A stretch of 64,000 nt of DNA from Octopus vulgaris (GCA_951406725.2 OX597816.1:107570001-107634000); one strand, 5' to 3'; counted from the first letter of the stretch, positions 26,328-40,276 are shown. Program-made: numbers and translations. The notes: generated by a model not told the origin, from the sequence alone.

Positions 26328-26403
26328 ACCCAGGACATACCCAAGGCACACAGAGGTGTGCTCGGTAGTGAAGTGAAAGCACGCTATAAAAATAAAACTA
26401 CTG
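26328..26403 (+). mobile_element. Short insert in (TAA)n, possibly the 3' end of a Dong-like LINE
   Basis: About 75 bp of non-repetitive sequence flanked on both sides by AAT repeats. Confidence 0.35.
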
Positions 26404-26422
26404 AATAATACTAATAATAATG

Positions 26423-26479
<57 letters not shown>

Positions 26480-26481
26480 GT

Positions 26482-26677
26482 AATCCTTTCTAGTATAGGC
26501 ATAAGGCCTGAAATTTGTTGGGAGGGGACTAGTCGATTATATCTTAATTTATCGACCTCGAAAAGATGAAAAGCAAAGTCGACCTCGGTGGAATTTGAAC
26601 TCAGAACGTAGCCGCAGATAAAATACCACTAAGCATTTCGCTCCACGTGCTATCGATTCTACCAGCGCGCCGCCTTT
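26482..26677 (-). mobile_element. OR2-like SINE inside (TAA)n
   Basis: Core AAAGTCGACCTCGGTGGAATTTGAACTCAGAACGTA. Confidence 0.85.
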
Positions 26678-26777
<100 letters not shown>

Positions 26778-26782
26778 TGATG

Positions 26783-26866
<84 letters not shown>

Positions 26867-26882
26867 AAAGCTGTGCAAAGGC

Positions 26883-26950
<68 letters not shown>

Positions 26951-28696
26951 TAATGATAATAATAATGATAAAAATTTGAAGAGTTAACTTGAACAATGGA
27001 TAAGGGTTAGACGAATGTTTAGGGTATCGTGAGTACGATTAGAAACATAGGAATGCTAGACTATTATTTATGTATTTCATTGAATATTTGAATTTGCATG
27101 AATGAATTTCGATTTATGAACACTTCAAAGTAAATGCATACAATCTGTTTTGGCAGACAGGGAGAGGCATATCTGATTAACTCAATAGCATTTTGCAATG
27201 AGATAAACCCAAGAGACACTTTCTGGGATTTAGCTCGAACATACAATTTAATAATTTGTTTATCAATATTGTTAATCATAAAACATTCGATTCTAGCATA
27301 TTATCCTTAAATTATAAAAATATTCTTGATTTCTTATTTTGAATTACTAGGAGAAACAACAGCTGAAAAAAATCCATATTATATTGGAAGCTTCAACGTT
27401 GTCGCATTATTTTAATTTGATAATATTTACGAAATGAATTTTTAGTTACATCCATTCATATGAAAGTTGCAAATTAGGGTCATTCTGATCAAAAAGAATT
27501 CGTATTTTTTCATCATACTTTGGGAAAAAATCGTCTCTAACTGATTGGTTCTGTGAATGCCAAAATGAGTACTCAAACATGAATGAAATTTCCAATTAAA
27601 ATGCATTATTATAGAGATGGGAGAAAAACTAAATTTATCAAAATTAAGCAGTGGTTAGCATCGCCAGTACAAAATCCAAAGAAAATGCCTTTTGGGTGTT
27701 TACGTAGTTATCGGTATTTGTTATTGTGAGTAAATCAGAATCGATTGAGCAGATCATTGTAGAAGTATTACAACCATGACCATCTCATTGTTCTTCATGC
27801 ATAACGTGTCTAAGAATACATTACAAAATGTACCATTTTTTTCTCTAAAACAGTAGGGTATGGTTGATTTTAACGAATTTTGTCGCATTTAGTGACAGAT
27901 CGAGAGGAACTCTGAAATAAAGATACATCAACAGTCACACATGCGCGCATGCGCGTACACTTACACACACATACACATATACATAGATATATTTGTAAAT
28001 ATTTCCACAGATACATATACATATTGTCTATTAATTCGGGTCACTTTACATTTCATGCTTGGAAACGTCAAAGGCTACTAGTGGAAAGTGCTCCGACACG
28101 TGCAAATCATACGACGGTTACGGAACACTAGGTTCGGGGATATGGTTTGCTTCATCCTGTTTACGAATTAATAAATTTCTAGTGGTGCATAACGATTTAT
28201 ATCCATAACATATTTGGTGCTACTATTGGACACGGTATACCAAAGAATACTAGTAGTTGCAGTAGTACTACGCAATCGATGCAAAAATATATATTAAGAG
28301 ATTTTTCTACTGTAGCGTGAAGAATTGCAGACATTATGAGAGACAAACAGACAATCAAAATAGAATAAACGAATCATATCCAATGACGCCCTGCAAATGA
28401 CGTTTCACGTAAATATAACAAACACTAAAAACAAAAAAAAAAACAAAACACATTAAGTTCGCATGATATAGTTTGTTTATAAACAAAACTGGACGAAGCC
28501 GAGCAAAGGCACGCAAAATTATTACTAATGAATCATTCAAGTATATGAGAATTTCCCCTACTAAACAATTTTATCCTAAAATTGCCTTCCGGCATGAAAT
28601 TTTGGTTACTGAGAAGTCAAGCAGTCACCGCTTATGTATACACACACACACACACACACATACATATGTATGTATGCATATATATATATATATATA

Positions 28697-29775
28697 TATT
28701 GGGTCATCCCATAGCTAATGCGGTTTTTAAAAAATACTTTTATATTTTTCAAAATTATGATAAACAAAGTTCTTTTTTAATCTAAAATATACTTTCCTTC
28801 ATTTTCTACAATGCTATTTCGTCTATTTGGTAGATTTGCAAGGCCTCTCTTCCAAAATCGCATGTCCGTGACGAAAAATCCTACTCCAGTACTGTTCTGA
28901 CTTCATCTAGAGAATTCATATTTTTTCTGTCCAGATGATTTTGAAAACTGCGGAATAAATGATAATCAAATGTGGAAATGTTCGGCGAATATGATGGGTT
29001 GGGTACCGTTCCCCATTCAAACTGCTCCAGCCTTTGGAATGTCATCCTTGTTGTATGTGGCCGAGCATTATCCTGATGGAAGAACACCTTTCGTCTTGAA
29101 ACCGAAAATTGTCATTTTCCTTTTAGCGCAGTAGATTTTTGTTATCGTTAGGTTTGGGTTTAAAAGTTCGAAGTGGACTAAACCTTTCATATCCCACCAA
29201 AAACATAACAATACCTTACGTGGAAGAAGACCTTGGGGTGCCGGTGTTTCTTCTCTTCCTACTCACTGTCTTCGGCGCTTGACATTTTTATATATAGAAC
29301 CCATTTCTCGTCACCAGTCACTATTCGGTCCAGAAAAGATTCATTCGTAAAACGTGACAGTAAAGAAGAGCACATATTCATTCCCTGAGTGCGATTAACC
29401 AAGGAAAGTTTGTGAGGAACCCATTCATCTAACTTGCTGGCTTTTCTGATGGCACACATGTGTCTATGAATGGTTGAATGATAAAATCCAAGTTTCTTTG
29501 CTAGTTCGTCGACAGTTACGATGGGATTTTGTTCCACAGGGTTTGCAGGATGTCTCCGTCGAGCGCTACAGATCTTTAATGATGAGGCTCGTCTTCTCGG
29601 CTCGGAGTTTCTAGAGTCACCGTTGACACTGGCTTACGTTTATTGTCCGATCCTCATATACTGCATTAATATTCCTCGAACTTTCCGTTGCGTTGTTGCC
29701 TCTATTGAACTCATAAGGCAAAAATCCTCTTTTGTTACTTCCATTATAACTTTGAAAAAGTAACTGTTAAAATCG
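28697..29775 (-). mobile_element. Decayed mariner (DD34D) element
   Basis: WVPHKLS, RIVTGDEKWVLY, FHQDNARPH and YSPNISTFDYHLF motifs; TIR TATTGGGTCATCCC...GCGGTTTTT next to TA. Confidence 0.9.
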
Positions 29776-29955
29776 TATATATAAGTATATTCCTAATTAA
29801 GCAAAGATATACATGCACCCTTACATTTAATAACATGTACTGGTAATTTGATTAGGAAATCTCGTGTTATAGTTTTCAATCGGTAGGAATCTATCGGGCG
29901 ATTCCTCTGTTCTTCAATAGATTTTAAATGTGACAACAGATATATTGTCTTGCAG

Positions 29956-30029
29956 CAGACCTCGAAAATATTACTGATAACAACGAAACGAATAGCCGTG
30001 AAATTAAATGCTTCACTTCAGAGATGTAA
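29956..30029 (+). CDS. Candidate terminal coding exon, possibly of the aquaglyceroporin
   Basis: Acceptor ATTGTCTTGCAG(CAG); phase 1 fits the donor at 4874; reads ADLENITDNNETNSREIKCFTSEM*; AATAAA at 30099. Confidence 0.25.
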
Positions 30030-30309
30030 GGAGAAAACGATTCTAGGATATACAAACTAACTATCCGTGAGCTGGTAATCGAATGGCATTCTGTGAAGAA
30101 TAAAATCACATTAATGTAGATATCACTTTATGGAAGGCCATATTTTATTTGAAGTCTTATCATTTACTAAAGTTAAGGTTATGGTTGAAGGACTAATGTT
30201 GAGAATATGTTATGAAGGTTGATTTAACGCAGTGAAATAATGATAAAGTTATCGATGACCACGACGAAAATAGTGGTGATGATGACGATCACGATGATGA
30301 TAATGATGG

Positions 30310-30359
<50 letters not shown>

Positions 30360-30616
30360 GTGGTGATGATGATGATGATGATGATGATGAAGATGAAGAT
30401 GACTATGGTAAAAATAACATCGTAGATATCAACAACAATAATAATCATAATAACAGATAAAAGAGGCATTAAACTTTAGTCCGGAATAGGTGTGTGGTTC
30501 GCAAAGTTCGTTTCGTAAACACACAGTTCCGGGTTCAATTTCAATGTTCCGTACCTTGGCTAAGTGTCTTTTACAAAATCCTCGCACTGGCACTTGCTCC
30601 GTAAATAGAATTCACT

Positions 30617-30720
<104 letters not shown>

Positions 30721-32242
30721 TTATCTATCTATCTGTGTGTGTGTTATAAAAAAGGTAAAATGTACGTGTTCAAGTACATAAAAACGGCGAACATTTAATG
30801 AATAAAAAACTCAGTATAAGTTTAGAGTCGAATATTTATAATAACTGTATCGAAAGTAATTTTAAAGTTTTGCCGAATATGTTGCATATTTTTAATAGTT
30901 TAGAAAATGCACAAGGCACTCACTTCGTGAAACTTCGCAGTTATTACCAATAAAACTTCACACACACTCTTACAAACATGTGTGTGTGAACGTATGTATG
31001 TATGTATGTATGTATGTATGTATGTATGTATGTATGTATGTGTGTGTGTGAGTGTATGTATGTATGTATGTATGTATGTATGTATGTATGTATGTATGTA
31101 TGTATGTATGTGTGTGTGTGTGAGTGTATGTATGTATGTATGTATGTATGTGTGTCAAAGATATATAACGGTGAAAGCAGAACGGTCTGTACTTTCAAGT
31201 AACAACAATATTCTGTATTGTTTTTATCTCCTACTGCGTCTGTCAGTCCCACCCCAATATTGCTGTCAGAAATACAATAAAGGTCTGACGTTGGAAAAAC
31301 CGTTACCAACAATGTTACTGTTCCCACAGTGCCATATAAAATAAATTTTAAAAAATTTAAGTGAAGTGGTACACTGCTAATGTTTTTCCAGACATAGATG
31401 GCAATAAGAATAATAGAAATTATGAATAAGTATATAAAGAAAATATATAAAACAATAAAAATGAAATAAAAATGATGAAATAAACCTTGGATAAACAAGT
31501 TCATATTTAAATAGAGATAAAGATATGTACTTTTATTTTCTGGCACTTTCCTCTACAGTAGACCATGAAAGGCATTAGATGTTGGGTTTCGTCTCGGACA
31601 AAATATTCTATCTATATACTTTGTATGTAAAACAAATGGAGCCGAATTCCGATTGACGTAAGCGGACTATCAGTCACGGAATTTTCGCTTAATTTTTGCT
31701 TCTCTTGTAGCAGATACCACCTCGATCATTTGGAGCTACGCTGCAACTTTTGCTCGCTTTTACTGAAAACAGCAACTGGAATGTGTTGAGGTTTAACAAA
31801 TTGGAATTAATTTAGTTCAAGCGCAAGTAGTAGTGACGATCAAAATATATATTTGTTTTTGTATCTTGTTTCAATACGTTCTTGTACGCTAGTACGTAAA
31901 AATCATTCGCTGTGAAATCACGGAAAGGCCAATTCAAATCGAAACTTCACGTCCAACATCACTTAGAGTAATTTTTCCTCGAGACAAAGTCAGACAGTAA
32001 GTGTATTTTTTTAAAATTCCTGAGTACAAGAACATGTTAAAGATAAACGTACACAACTTCATTTTGATTCTCGCTGCTTCGTATATCTACACAGGATATA
32101 TTTGCATGTAGTCAGCTACATGTAATTGATTATGCTTTTAATAAACCTATATATATATATATATATATATGAGCAAAGTCGCTAGTTAGAAAATCTTTAT
32201 AAGAGATGAAAGTAGTAACTATACTTGGTAGTAATGTTCATT

Positions 32243-32508
32243 GCCACTTCGACATAGCTGTTCCGTATGAACCGACGTTACTACTGTTTTTAAACTCAGG
32301 AGGGCTTCTCATTCAGCTGGTTATTGATGCAATCTGCACCTGATACATATTGCAAATAGAGAACCTCCCACTATCTTCCAGCGACGACGGAACCATCAGA
32401 CTGTCCAGTTTCGAGCTATTTGTGTTCATCCAGCTGGAGGAAGCGTCCTCCTGGCATAAGAAACGGTAGTAACGTCGGTTTCTACGTAACAGCCATGTTG
32501 AACTGGCG
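32243..32508. repeat. Imperfect ~80-bp inverted repeat element, PLE-like remnant
   Basis: GCCACTTCGACATAGCTGTTCCGTATGAACCGACGTTACTACTGTTT mirrored by AAACGGTAGTAACGTCGGTTTCTACGTAACAGCCATGTTGAACTGGC. Confidence 0.75.
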
Positions 32509-33150
32509 ATAAGCACACATACACGCACACGCATATATATATATCGTCCTTTTTGTTGCAGCCACCATTTCAGGCTCCCCACTACCTGCCATGTAAGGAA
32601 TCACTCATTGTTTATAGAATATTTTTGCAGCACTAAAAATATACTGTATATCTTTATATTTCATTAGAGCTTGCTTCTATTGTTTCTCACCATACTTTAT
32701 TTTCGAAATAAACGAATGCAGATTTTTCTGTTCTTCCTTTTTTTTTCTTTTGCTACCGTCCACGACATTCTACGGGTCCCACATAAGATTAGAAGTCTGT
32801 TATTGCTTGTAGGAAATTAATGAATGTCTGGTTATTCTTATTGATAATTGGTTAACCGAGGAAATAGGGAAAGAAAAGAATGAACAAAGAATGATATCTC
32901 CAATAATGTAACAAAAACAACGATAAAAACAACTGTAATTTAACACAATACCGATGTGTCAAGATAGTATACAATGTGTTGAAATTTTTCCAACACGTAA
33001 ATGTAAATATAAATATGAATAACATCCCCATATGTACAATATTTATAGAAAAATATATAACATACACATGCCAACGTACACAGATATATATACACATATA
33101 CAGATATGTATATATGTACGTATGAATATATGTATATGTATGTGTATATT

Positions 33151-33217
<67 letters not shown>

Positions 33218-33232
<15 letters not shown>

Positions 33233-34168
33233 TGAGAATGTGTGTCCGTCTGCGGCTTTACCCGAGCATAGAAGATGCGCATTATTTGTAATTCAATGGT
33301 ACAGCAGTGTAAGAGTTTGCTTTGACATACACATAGATTGTGATTTCTGCAATGTGCTGCATAAATTGTCAAGTAAATGAGAGGCATCTTTGCCTCCACT
33401 GATTCAGTTGCAAGGTGTTGAGTAATGTTATTTGATTGCAGACCTCCTTTCAGTCTTTTTATTATCACTGGGTCACACATAGACCCCAGATGGTAACATT
33501 GATTTCAAGGCCTCCCCAGATTAGTGACTGGTTATTGAAAGACATAGATTGTAAATTTATTCTGTCCAGTTACGTATCAGTATAGTGGTCATTTGCAAAC
33601 TCCAACTTTCATTTCTTAATAGCCGTGAGGAATCCTACATTGGGAGTGGTAACGACTAGAGTAGGGTAACTGACTGCTTATTGTGATCATTCGTCTTTTG
33701 GTTTCCTGTAGCTTTGCTCTCTTTTATAAACCCGGTGAACATATATTTACTATTTCAATGAAATTCAAACAATAAATATAAGACCCAAGTAAAAAAGATT
33801 CTCAACAATTCAACTTCTCTGGTTGACATTAAGATGCCCACCCCCAACAGGGGCCTTAACTCTCACATTTTAGAGCTCTATGACCTTCATTTTTCAGGAG
33901 CAAAATCTTTTTAACAGGTTCAATAAGACAGGAATTTTGGAATATGCGCATAAAAATCAGTAGTATGGGATATATGTGGCACGATTACAATTTTTTGAGG
34001 GTGTGTAAAGAGGGAAATAACCCTCATCTGCAATTTTGATGAAATTCGAAACATAGATATTCCAGTTCATTAGAGAAAATATAACAGAAAAATCTAATTC
34101 TTCAATTGTATGTAACACGGGCAACGCCAGGTATCTCTGTATGTAACACGGGTATCGCCAGGTATCTA

Positions 34169-34169
<1 letters not shown>
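33218..34169 (+). mobile_element. Non-autonomous Helitron-like element with a duplicated 3' terminus
   Basis: 5' end TATATAAAACTGAGAATGTGTGTCCGTCTG; 3' CGGGCAACGCCAGG hairpin-like motif present twice, the second ending in CTAG. Confidence 0.6.
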
Positions 34170-34232
<63 letters not shown>

Positions 34233-34689
34233 GTATGTATTGGTAAGTATGTTTACACACAGTCTATGTGCTATTTATGTGTATATGCATATATATGTAT
34301 CTGGGTGTGAATGAACGGGAGGAAAATGTTTATTATATGTACAGAGTTAGATAAGCATTGCTAACACATCTGAGCATTTGTTGGCGATGAAAATGTTGTC
34401 TTATAAGAAATATCACGTTCAGAGTGAAGCTGATATATTTATAATGTATATTTTTTATGGAAAATATAGAATTTATGAAAAGAAATTATCTTAAAAATTG
34501 CCGGAAAATTTCTTATCTTTATATTCTAATAATGTCATTTACGCCGAGATTTATATTGCTGTAATAAAAAAAAAAAAAACGCAGAAAGAATAGTGTATAC
34601 ATACACACACATATATGAATATATATGAACATATTGACATACAAATATGGAATCTTTTAGACGCTTTGGTCATACTGTGGTCCTGCTGA

Positions 34690-35385
34690 ATTCCTCAGTC
34701 TGGGGTATTTCCCATTGCCACTCCTGTGTGTGCCTTTGTCCCAGCCGTTGGCCCATTTGGTGTATAATGGAGTTTGATTCCGCTACCTGGTCCGTACCTG
34801 ATGTCGGGTATTTTGAAGAGGATGATGTCTAGTTCCGTTTTGAAGACATCTACTTCCATCTTATGCAGATTTCTTAATTTTTGTGGCAAGGCATTGAAGG
34901 GCTGTGGGCCTTTGAAACCTATGCTATTGCAATAACTGGTCCTGAAATTAGATGGGGTGTATGACACCTTTGGTATGATGCAAATGCATCCAGTTCTGGT
35001 ATTTGTATAACACCCAATGCCGAATATAGGTGCTAGCCCTTCTAATGTTTCCATATGCAGATTATTACATAAATGTCGCGCCTTCGCTCCTGGGAGTAAA
35101 TTTGCAATTTTTTTAGCCTCTTCCCCTAGCTCATCCGCTGCATTGCTTCAATCTTTTTAGTGTAGTGGCGTTGGACTGCTTCAAGCTCTGCTGTTAGTTT
35201 GACACTATGTGTTGACCGTAACTGGGAGCAGTAGTACAAGCACCTGAAAACAGGTTCTCCATTGGGTCAATATAGTTTTTTGGTCTCTTGTCTTGAAAAA
35301 CCTTGATATTCATGCTGCCAGTTGTCTGCACTTTGCAGTAATCTTGGTAATGTGAATATTGATCCCCCAAGTCTTTCACAGACTG
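34690..35385 (-). mobile_element. 3' fragment of a CR1/L2-group LINE
   Basis: RLKKLQIYSQERRR and KGPQPFNALPQKLRNL...FKTELD...IPD, typical post-RT C-terminal motifs. Confidence 0.75.
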
Positions 35386-35404
35386 TGATTATGTATGTAT
35401 ATAA

Positions 35405-35630
35405 ATCGTGGTCAAGGTGTTGCACTCGTGGTTTTGATTCCCGGGCCGGGGGTGGAGCATTGAGTTCTGGAGCAAGACATTACATTTCATGTTGCTCTGC
35501 GAGCATTTCGATATCTGACGTGTGATACACATGTGCGTTTGTACACATTTACACAAACAAACTGATCATCTATGTGGTTGTTCAGCAAGAAATTACAGGA
35601 CCCTCATTCATCGTTTAACTATGGGAGAGT
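35405..35630 (+). mobile_element. tRNA-derived CORE-like SINE
   Basis: B box GGTTTTGATTCC followed by GAGCAAGACATTACATTTCATGTTGCTC. Confidence 0.55.
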
Positions 35631-35829
35631 CTAGAACATGCATGTATACATACATACATTCATACGTACATACATACATACATACATACATACATACATA
35701 CATACATACATACATACATACATACATACATGCATACATGTTGTTGTTGTTATTTGTTTGTTCCTTCTCGGGCCGTGCCTGGCTCATAAGGGCCGGTTTT
35801 TCGGTTTCATTAGCACATAGGTTCTCCAG

Positions 35830-36011
35830 GAGGAAAGAGTAAGAGAAAGTTGTGGCGAAAGAGTCAGTAGGAGCTCGCCATTACCTTCTGCCGGAGCCGC
35901 GTGAACCTTAGGTGTTTCGTCCATAAACACGCATATCTTCCGGTCTGAGAATCGAACCCGCCATCCCTCGACCGGGAGTCCACTGCTCTAACCACGAGAC
36001 CCTATGCCTCC
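35830..36011 (-). mobile_element. tRNA-derived SINE
   Basis: Minus strand GGAGGCATAGGGTCTCGTGGTTAGAGCAGTGGACTCCCGGTCGAGGGATGGCGGGTTCGATTCTC with A and B boxes and a non-tRNA tail. Confidence 0.7.
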
Positions 36012-36012
36012 A

Positions 36013-36061
<49 letters not shown>

Positions 36062-36063
<2 letters not shown>

Positions 36064-37166
36064 AATTTGGAAACGACATGCTGTACTATTTGGCATTCGC
36101 GTCGGAAGTTCCAATACGAATATTTCAGAGTGTTTGGGTGTCAATCTGAGGACAGTGCAGAGGATTCGGAAAGAGTTGGATGAGTCTAATGGTGCTTACG
36201 AAGGTACAGCAGCTCGGAAAACCCACTCTGATCGTTCTGATAAAAAAAAGAACTGAATTTGTTGATGAGATCCAGGCAGAGATCCCTCCAAGTCGATCAC
36301 GTTCATCGCCAGGGATATGGGAGTGTCTGAGTTTCTTTATCAGGCAAGCAGTGCATGAAGATATTCGGTATTCTTCATGCAAAATGAGAAAGGGCCAATT
36401 TTTATCCCAAACCATCAAGGACAAGAGGAAAGATCGCGCTACGAAGCTTTTGAACAATCTTAAATATTCCCTTCAACCGAACATGCTTTGGTTTTTCTCA
36501 GACGAGAAAAATTTCTGACAGGATCAGATGGTGTCCATACAGAGCAACCGCTGGTTTGCCTTGTAACCAAAACATGTACGTAGAGTGATAAAAATCAAAC
36601 ATCCAGTCAACATCATGATGTTTGGATTGATTACTAGTGATGGCGACGTTATGCCTCCATTCATCTTCCCACACGGCCTCATGAAATGCTTGGAGGAGGT
36701 AATGCTGCCCTAGATCAAGAGTGTGGTTTGTGGTTGCTAGAAGACACTATGCCTAGAAACAAGATTCTGCACCATGCCACACAAGCAGGAGAATCCAGTC
36801 ATATCTGTCAGGCAATTTCTGCGACCACATCACCCAAAACATGTGGTCACTTAAATCCCCAGACTGCAACCCCCTTGATGTGTGAGACGCAGTTGGGTAA
36901 GAGTCCAACAAAACACCTTGTAACATCAACTGTACGCAAGGATTATGGCAGCATTGACCAACATAAACAAGGAAGCCGTCTAGAAGATTACGAAATCGTC
37001 TGGAAGCTGTGGTTGATGCCAAAGGCGATTTTATAGATTAGATCTACTGTTTAGTATTTCAAGATATTTTAATGTAGTTTTGGTAAATATATCTGTTAAA
37101 ATGAGATGTCAGTGTTATTTTCCTTTTTTCGTAATTTCGACGACAGTTTATCCACCGCGCCCTGTA
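36062..37166 (+). mobile_element. Decayed Tc1/mariner-superfamily transposon (maT/DD37D-like)
   Basis: LWFFSDEKNF, KHPVNIMMFGLITSDGDVMPPFIFPHGL, QDSAPCH and SPDCNPLD fragments; ends CGCCCTGTA. Confidence 0.85.
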
Positions 37167-37354
37167 TATATAGTTTATAGATGACCGACAGATATTCTCC
37201 ATACAGAAAACACTACATAGTGGTCAAGAGGTTTAGATTTGAGCAGGAAGAGAAGTAAATGTAAGGACAAGCAAGTTAGGCAAGTCGATACACAAAACAA
37301 TATTAAATACATATAATACAAAAAATATACATATGTTTTCATAAAAATGATCCG

Positions 37355-37408
37355 ACATCATCACTAAAGTTCCTATCATTCCTATCCTGTGTAAGTCGGA
37401 CATTTATA

Positions 37409-37493
<85 letters not shown>

Positions 37494-37572
37494 AATGTAT
37501 ATATATATATATATATATAAATGTCTGAGTTACACCGGATAGGAATGATATCAGGAACTTTAGTGATGATGT
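37355..37572. repeat. Inverted ~52-bp arms enclosing a (TA)n tract
   Basis: ACATCATCACTAAAGTTCCT..ATCATTCCTATCC.GTGTAA.TC.GACATTT is mirrored at 37519-37572. Confidence 0.85.
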
Positions 37573-37629
37573 TGTTAGTTGCTTAAAAAGCTACATACTA
37601 GCTTAAATGCCGCCAAATAGGGCACCTTT

Positions 37630-37650
37630 TAAGTTAGTGAGTGTGTATGC

Positions 37651-37683
<33 letters not shown>

Positions 37684-37910
37684 CACGTTGTGTGTGTGTG
37701 TGCGCGTGTGTATATATGTGTGTGTGTGTGTGTGTGCACTGTGTGCGTGTGTGTGTATGTGTGTGTGTATGTGCGCGCGTTGTGTGTGTGTGTGTGTGCA
37801 CGTGTGTATATATGTGTGTGTGTGTGTGCACTGTGTGCGTGTGTGTGTGTATGTGTGTGTGTGTGTGTGTGAGCATTATATACGTGTGTATGTATTTACA
37901 TATGTATTTG

Positions 37911-37947
<37 letters not shown>

Positions 37948-38158
37948 AGTGTTGTGTGTGTATATGCATGGTATGTGTGTATATGTGAGTACATTGTTTG
38001 TGTGTGTGTGCGGTATGTAGAGATATATTTGAGTGTGTACTCTATATGTTTGTAATTTGTGTGTGTGTGTGTGTGTGTGTGAATTTTTTTTATATATACA
38101 TGTGTGTGTATGTGTGTGAAAAGATATATGTATGTGCATGTATGTATGTATGTATATG

Positions 38159-38191
<33 letters not shown>

Positions 38192-38740
38192 GTGTATGTA
38201 TATGTGTGTGTGTGTATATTTATTTGCATGTTTATGCGTGTATAAACATGTGCATTATTTGCATGCGCATTGTGTATATGTATATTGTATGTATGTGTAT
38301 TGTATATGTATGTGTACAATTAAGTGTATATATGTGTGTGTATGTGTGCATTGTATATATGTATATTGTAGGTGTGCCATATGTGCATGAATACATGTAT
38401 ATGCATTGCGTGTATATATATGTATGCATTGTGTATGTATGTTATGTGTGTGTGTGTTTATAGATATTATATGTATGCGTACGTGTATGTGTATGCATTG
38501 TATGTATGTATATTGTGTGTATATGTGGTATATCTATGTATGTGTATGTAAACACTATTTATATGTATACATGTATATATGTATATGCATTGTCTATATA
38601 TATATATATATTATATGTATGTATTGCGTACGTATATTGCATGCATATATTGTGTATGTGCATTATATACATGCTGTATTTGTATATTGTATGTGTATAT
38701 ATATGCTAGGTGTATTTGTGTGATATTTATATTATGTATG

Positions 38741-38797
<57 letters not shown>

Positions 38798-38983
38798 GTG
38801 TGTGTATGTGTGTTATATATATGTGTGTATATTATATATAAATACATGTTATATTTGTGAGTTGTGTGTATATATTATATATGTGGGTGCGTTGTGTGTG
38901 TGTGTGTGCTCTGTGGGTGTGTGTGTGTTGTGTGTATGTGGTGTGTGTTTTTATACTTTGTGTGTGTATGTGTGTGTTGTTGT

Positions 38984-39014
<31 letters not shown>

Positions 39015-39020
39015 GTGTGA
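37630..39020. repeat. Long degenerate (TG)n/(TA)n purine-pyrimidine tract
   Basis: About 1.4 kb of nearly continuous alternating purine-pyrimidine sequence. Confidence 0.95.
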
Positions 39021-39583
39021 CAAACAGACGCTGCTTGACAGCACGCACGGACACATCTATTCACACCCACAAACTAACCTCCTGATAACCCCAAAACCAT
39101 TGATGCTTGAAGGGGAAGTATACACCACACTGGGTACAACCTTTTTTCTCTCAATTCAACCTTTCTGCCAAAACAAACAGGTCAGTAACAACATATTCTC
39201 GCCTTCAACTTAAAATATTCTGAGATGTATAAAAAATCCATATTAATTTTTGCTGTCAAAAGATTGTATATATATACCAAAGACTGTATATATATACATG
39301 TAATGTGACAATTTGCGACAACCAATAATTAACGCAACCAAATTTCCAATAATATATTTGTTTTATCCTTTTCTGCCAATTTTTCCAAATATTCTCATCA
39401 CACTATTGAACTTCTCTGTTACCAAACACTATATTTATACATGTAATGTGACAATTTTGTATAAAAAAACATTTTTGAATTCATAATATCCAATGTGACA
39501 ATTATGTAAAAAACTTTTTTGAATGCATAATATTCAATGTGACAATTATGTAAAAAACTATTTTGAACCCATATTATTCAATG

Positions 39584-39628
39584 TTACTTTTGACAATCTT
39601 TTACCAAAGAGTGAAACCGGTTAAGTAA
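39584..39628 (+). ncRNA. Minimal hammerhead motif, U3-A8 variant, at the end of a PLE-like remnant
   Basis: TTACTT-TTGACAA-T CTTTT acca AAGAG T-GAAA-CCGGTT-AAGTAA; palindromic ACCGGT; preceded by three ~48-bp tandem units and followed by (TA)n. Confidence 0.5.
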
Positions 39629-39665
39629 ATAAACATCGTTTAAATTGCATTTTCAAACCTTTTTT

Positions 39666-39774
<109 letters not shown>

Positions 39775-39949
39775 GTAAAGAGTGAAAAAACTACAGAAGG
39801 CTTAAATGTTAAAAATATATATATTTGCGTCAATATGTCTGAAGAATATTAGAACATTTTTTTAAAAGTTTTTTTCTCTTATAATGACATAATTTAAAAG
39901 AAAGAGTTTTCGTTAACGAAAACTCTATTCAACATAAACATAACGTCGC

Positions 39950-39988
39950 AAGAAATTTGAAAAGCTACACGCGAAACCGGTCTTTCTT
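39950..39988 (+). ncRNA. Minimal hammerhead motif, U3-A8 variant
   Basis: AAGAAA(T)-TTGAAAA-GC tacac GC-GAAA-CCGGTC-TTTCTT; GUC triplet; palindromic ACCGGT stem III. Confidence 0.5.
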
Positions 39989-40276
39989 TTAAATTATGTC
40001 ATATTTACCGATATCTGCTCCCTTTTCTGCTCTTTTACAACGTTAAAAATAGCAAGTCGTTTTTCTGCATCCCATAATGTTGACTTGTTAGTAGAAGCAG
40101 CTACATGTTACGGAAGCACCAGAACTACGGACCAATGATCCAGCTTAAGTAAACTATTGCATTTACTATTGCAACAAATAAGAAACGATCGGAACAAGAT
40201 GCAGAAACAATTTGTACGAAGTACATATATTGTGTGTGTATGCAAATGTTTATATATATATATATATATATACAGC

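Noticed and set aside
30944-31546. 200-aa hydrophobic ORF resembling a membrane receptor
   Set aside because: Hydrophobicity comes from T-rich low-complexity DNA, the ORF runs into (CATA)n, and NISSVPLHL looks more like a decayed PLE endonuclease end.
35940-36011. tRNA gene
   Set aside because: A and B boxes are present but there is no complete cloverleaf, and the sequence continues into a SINE body.
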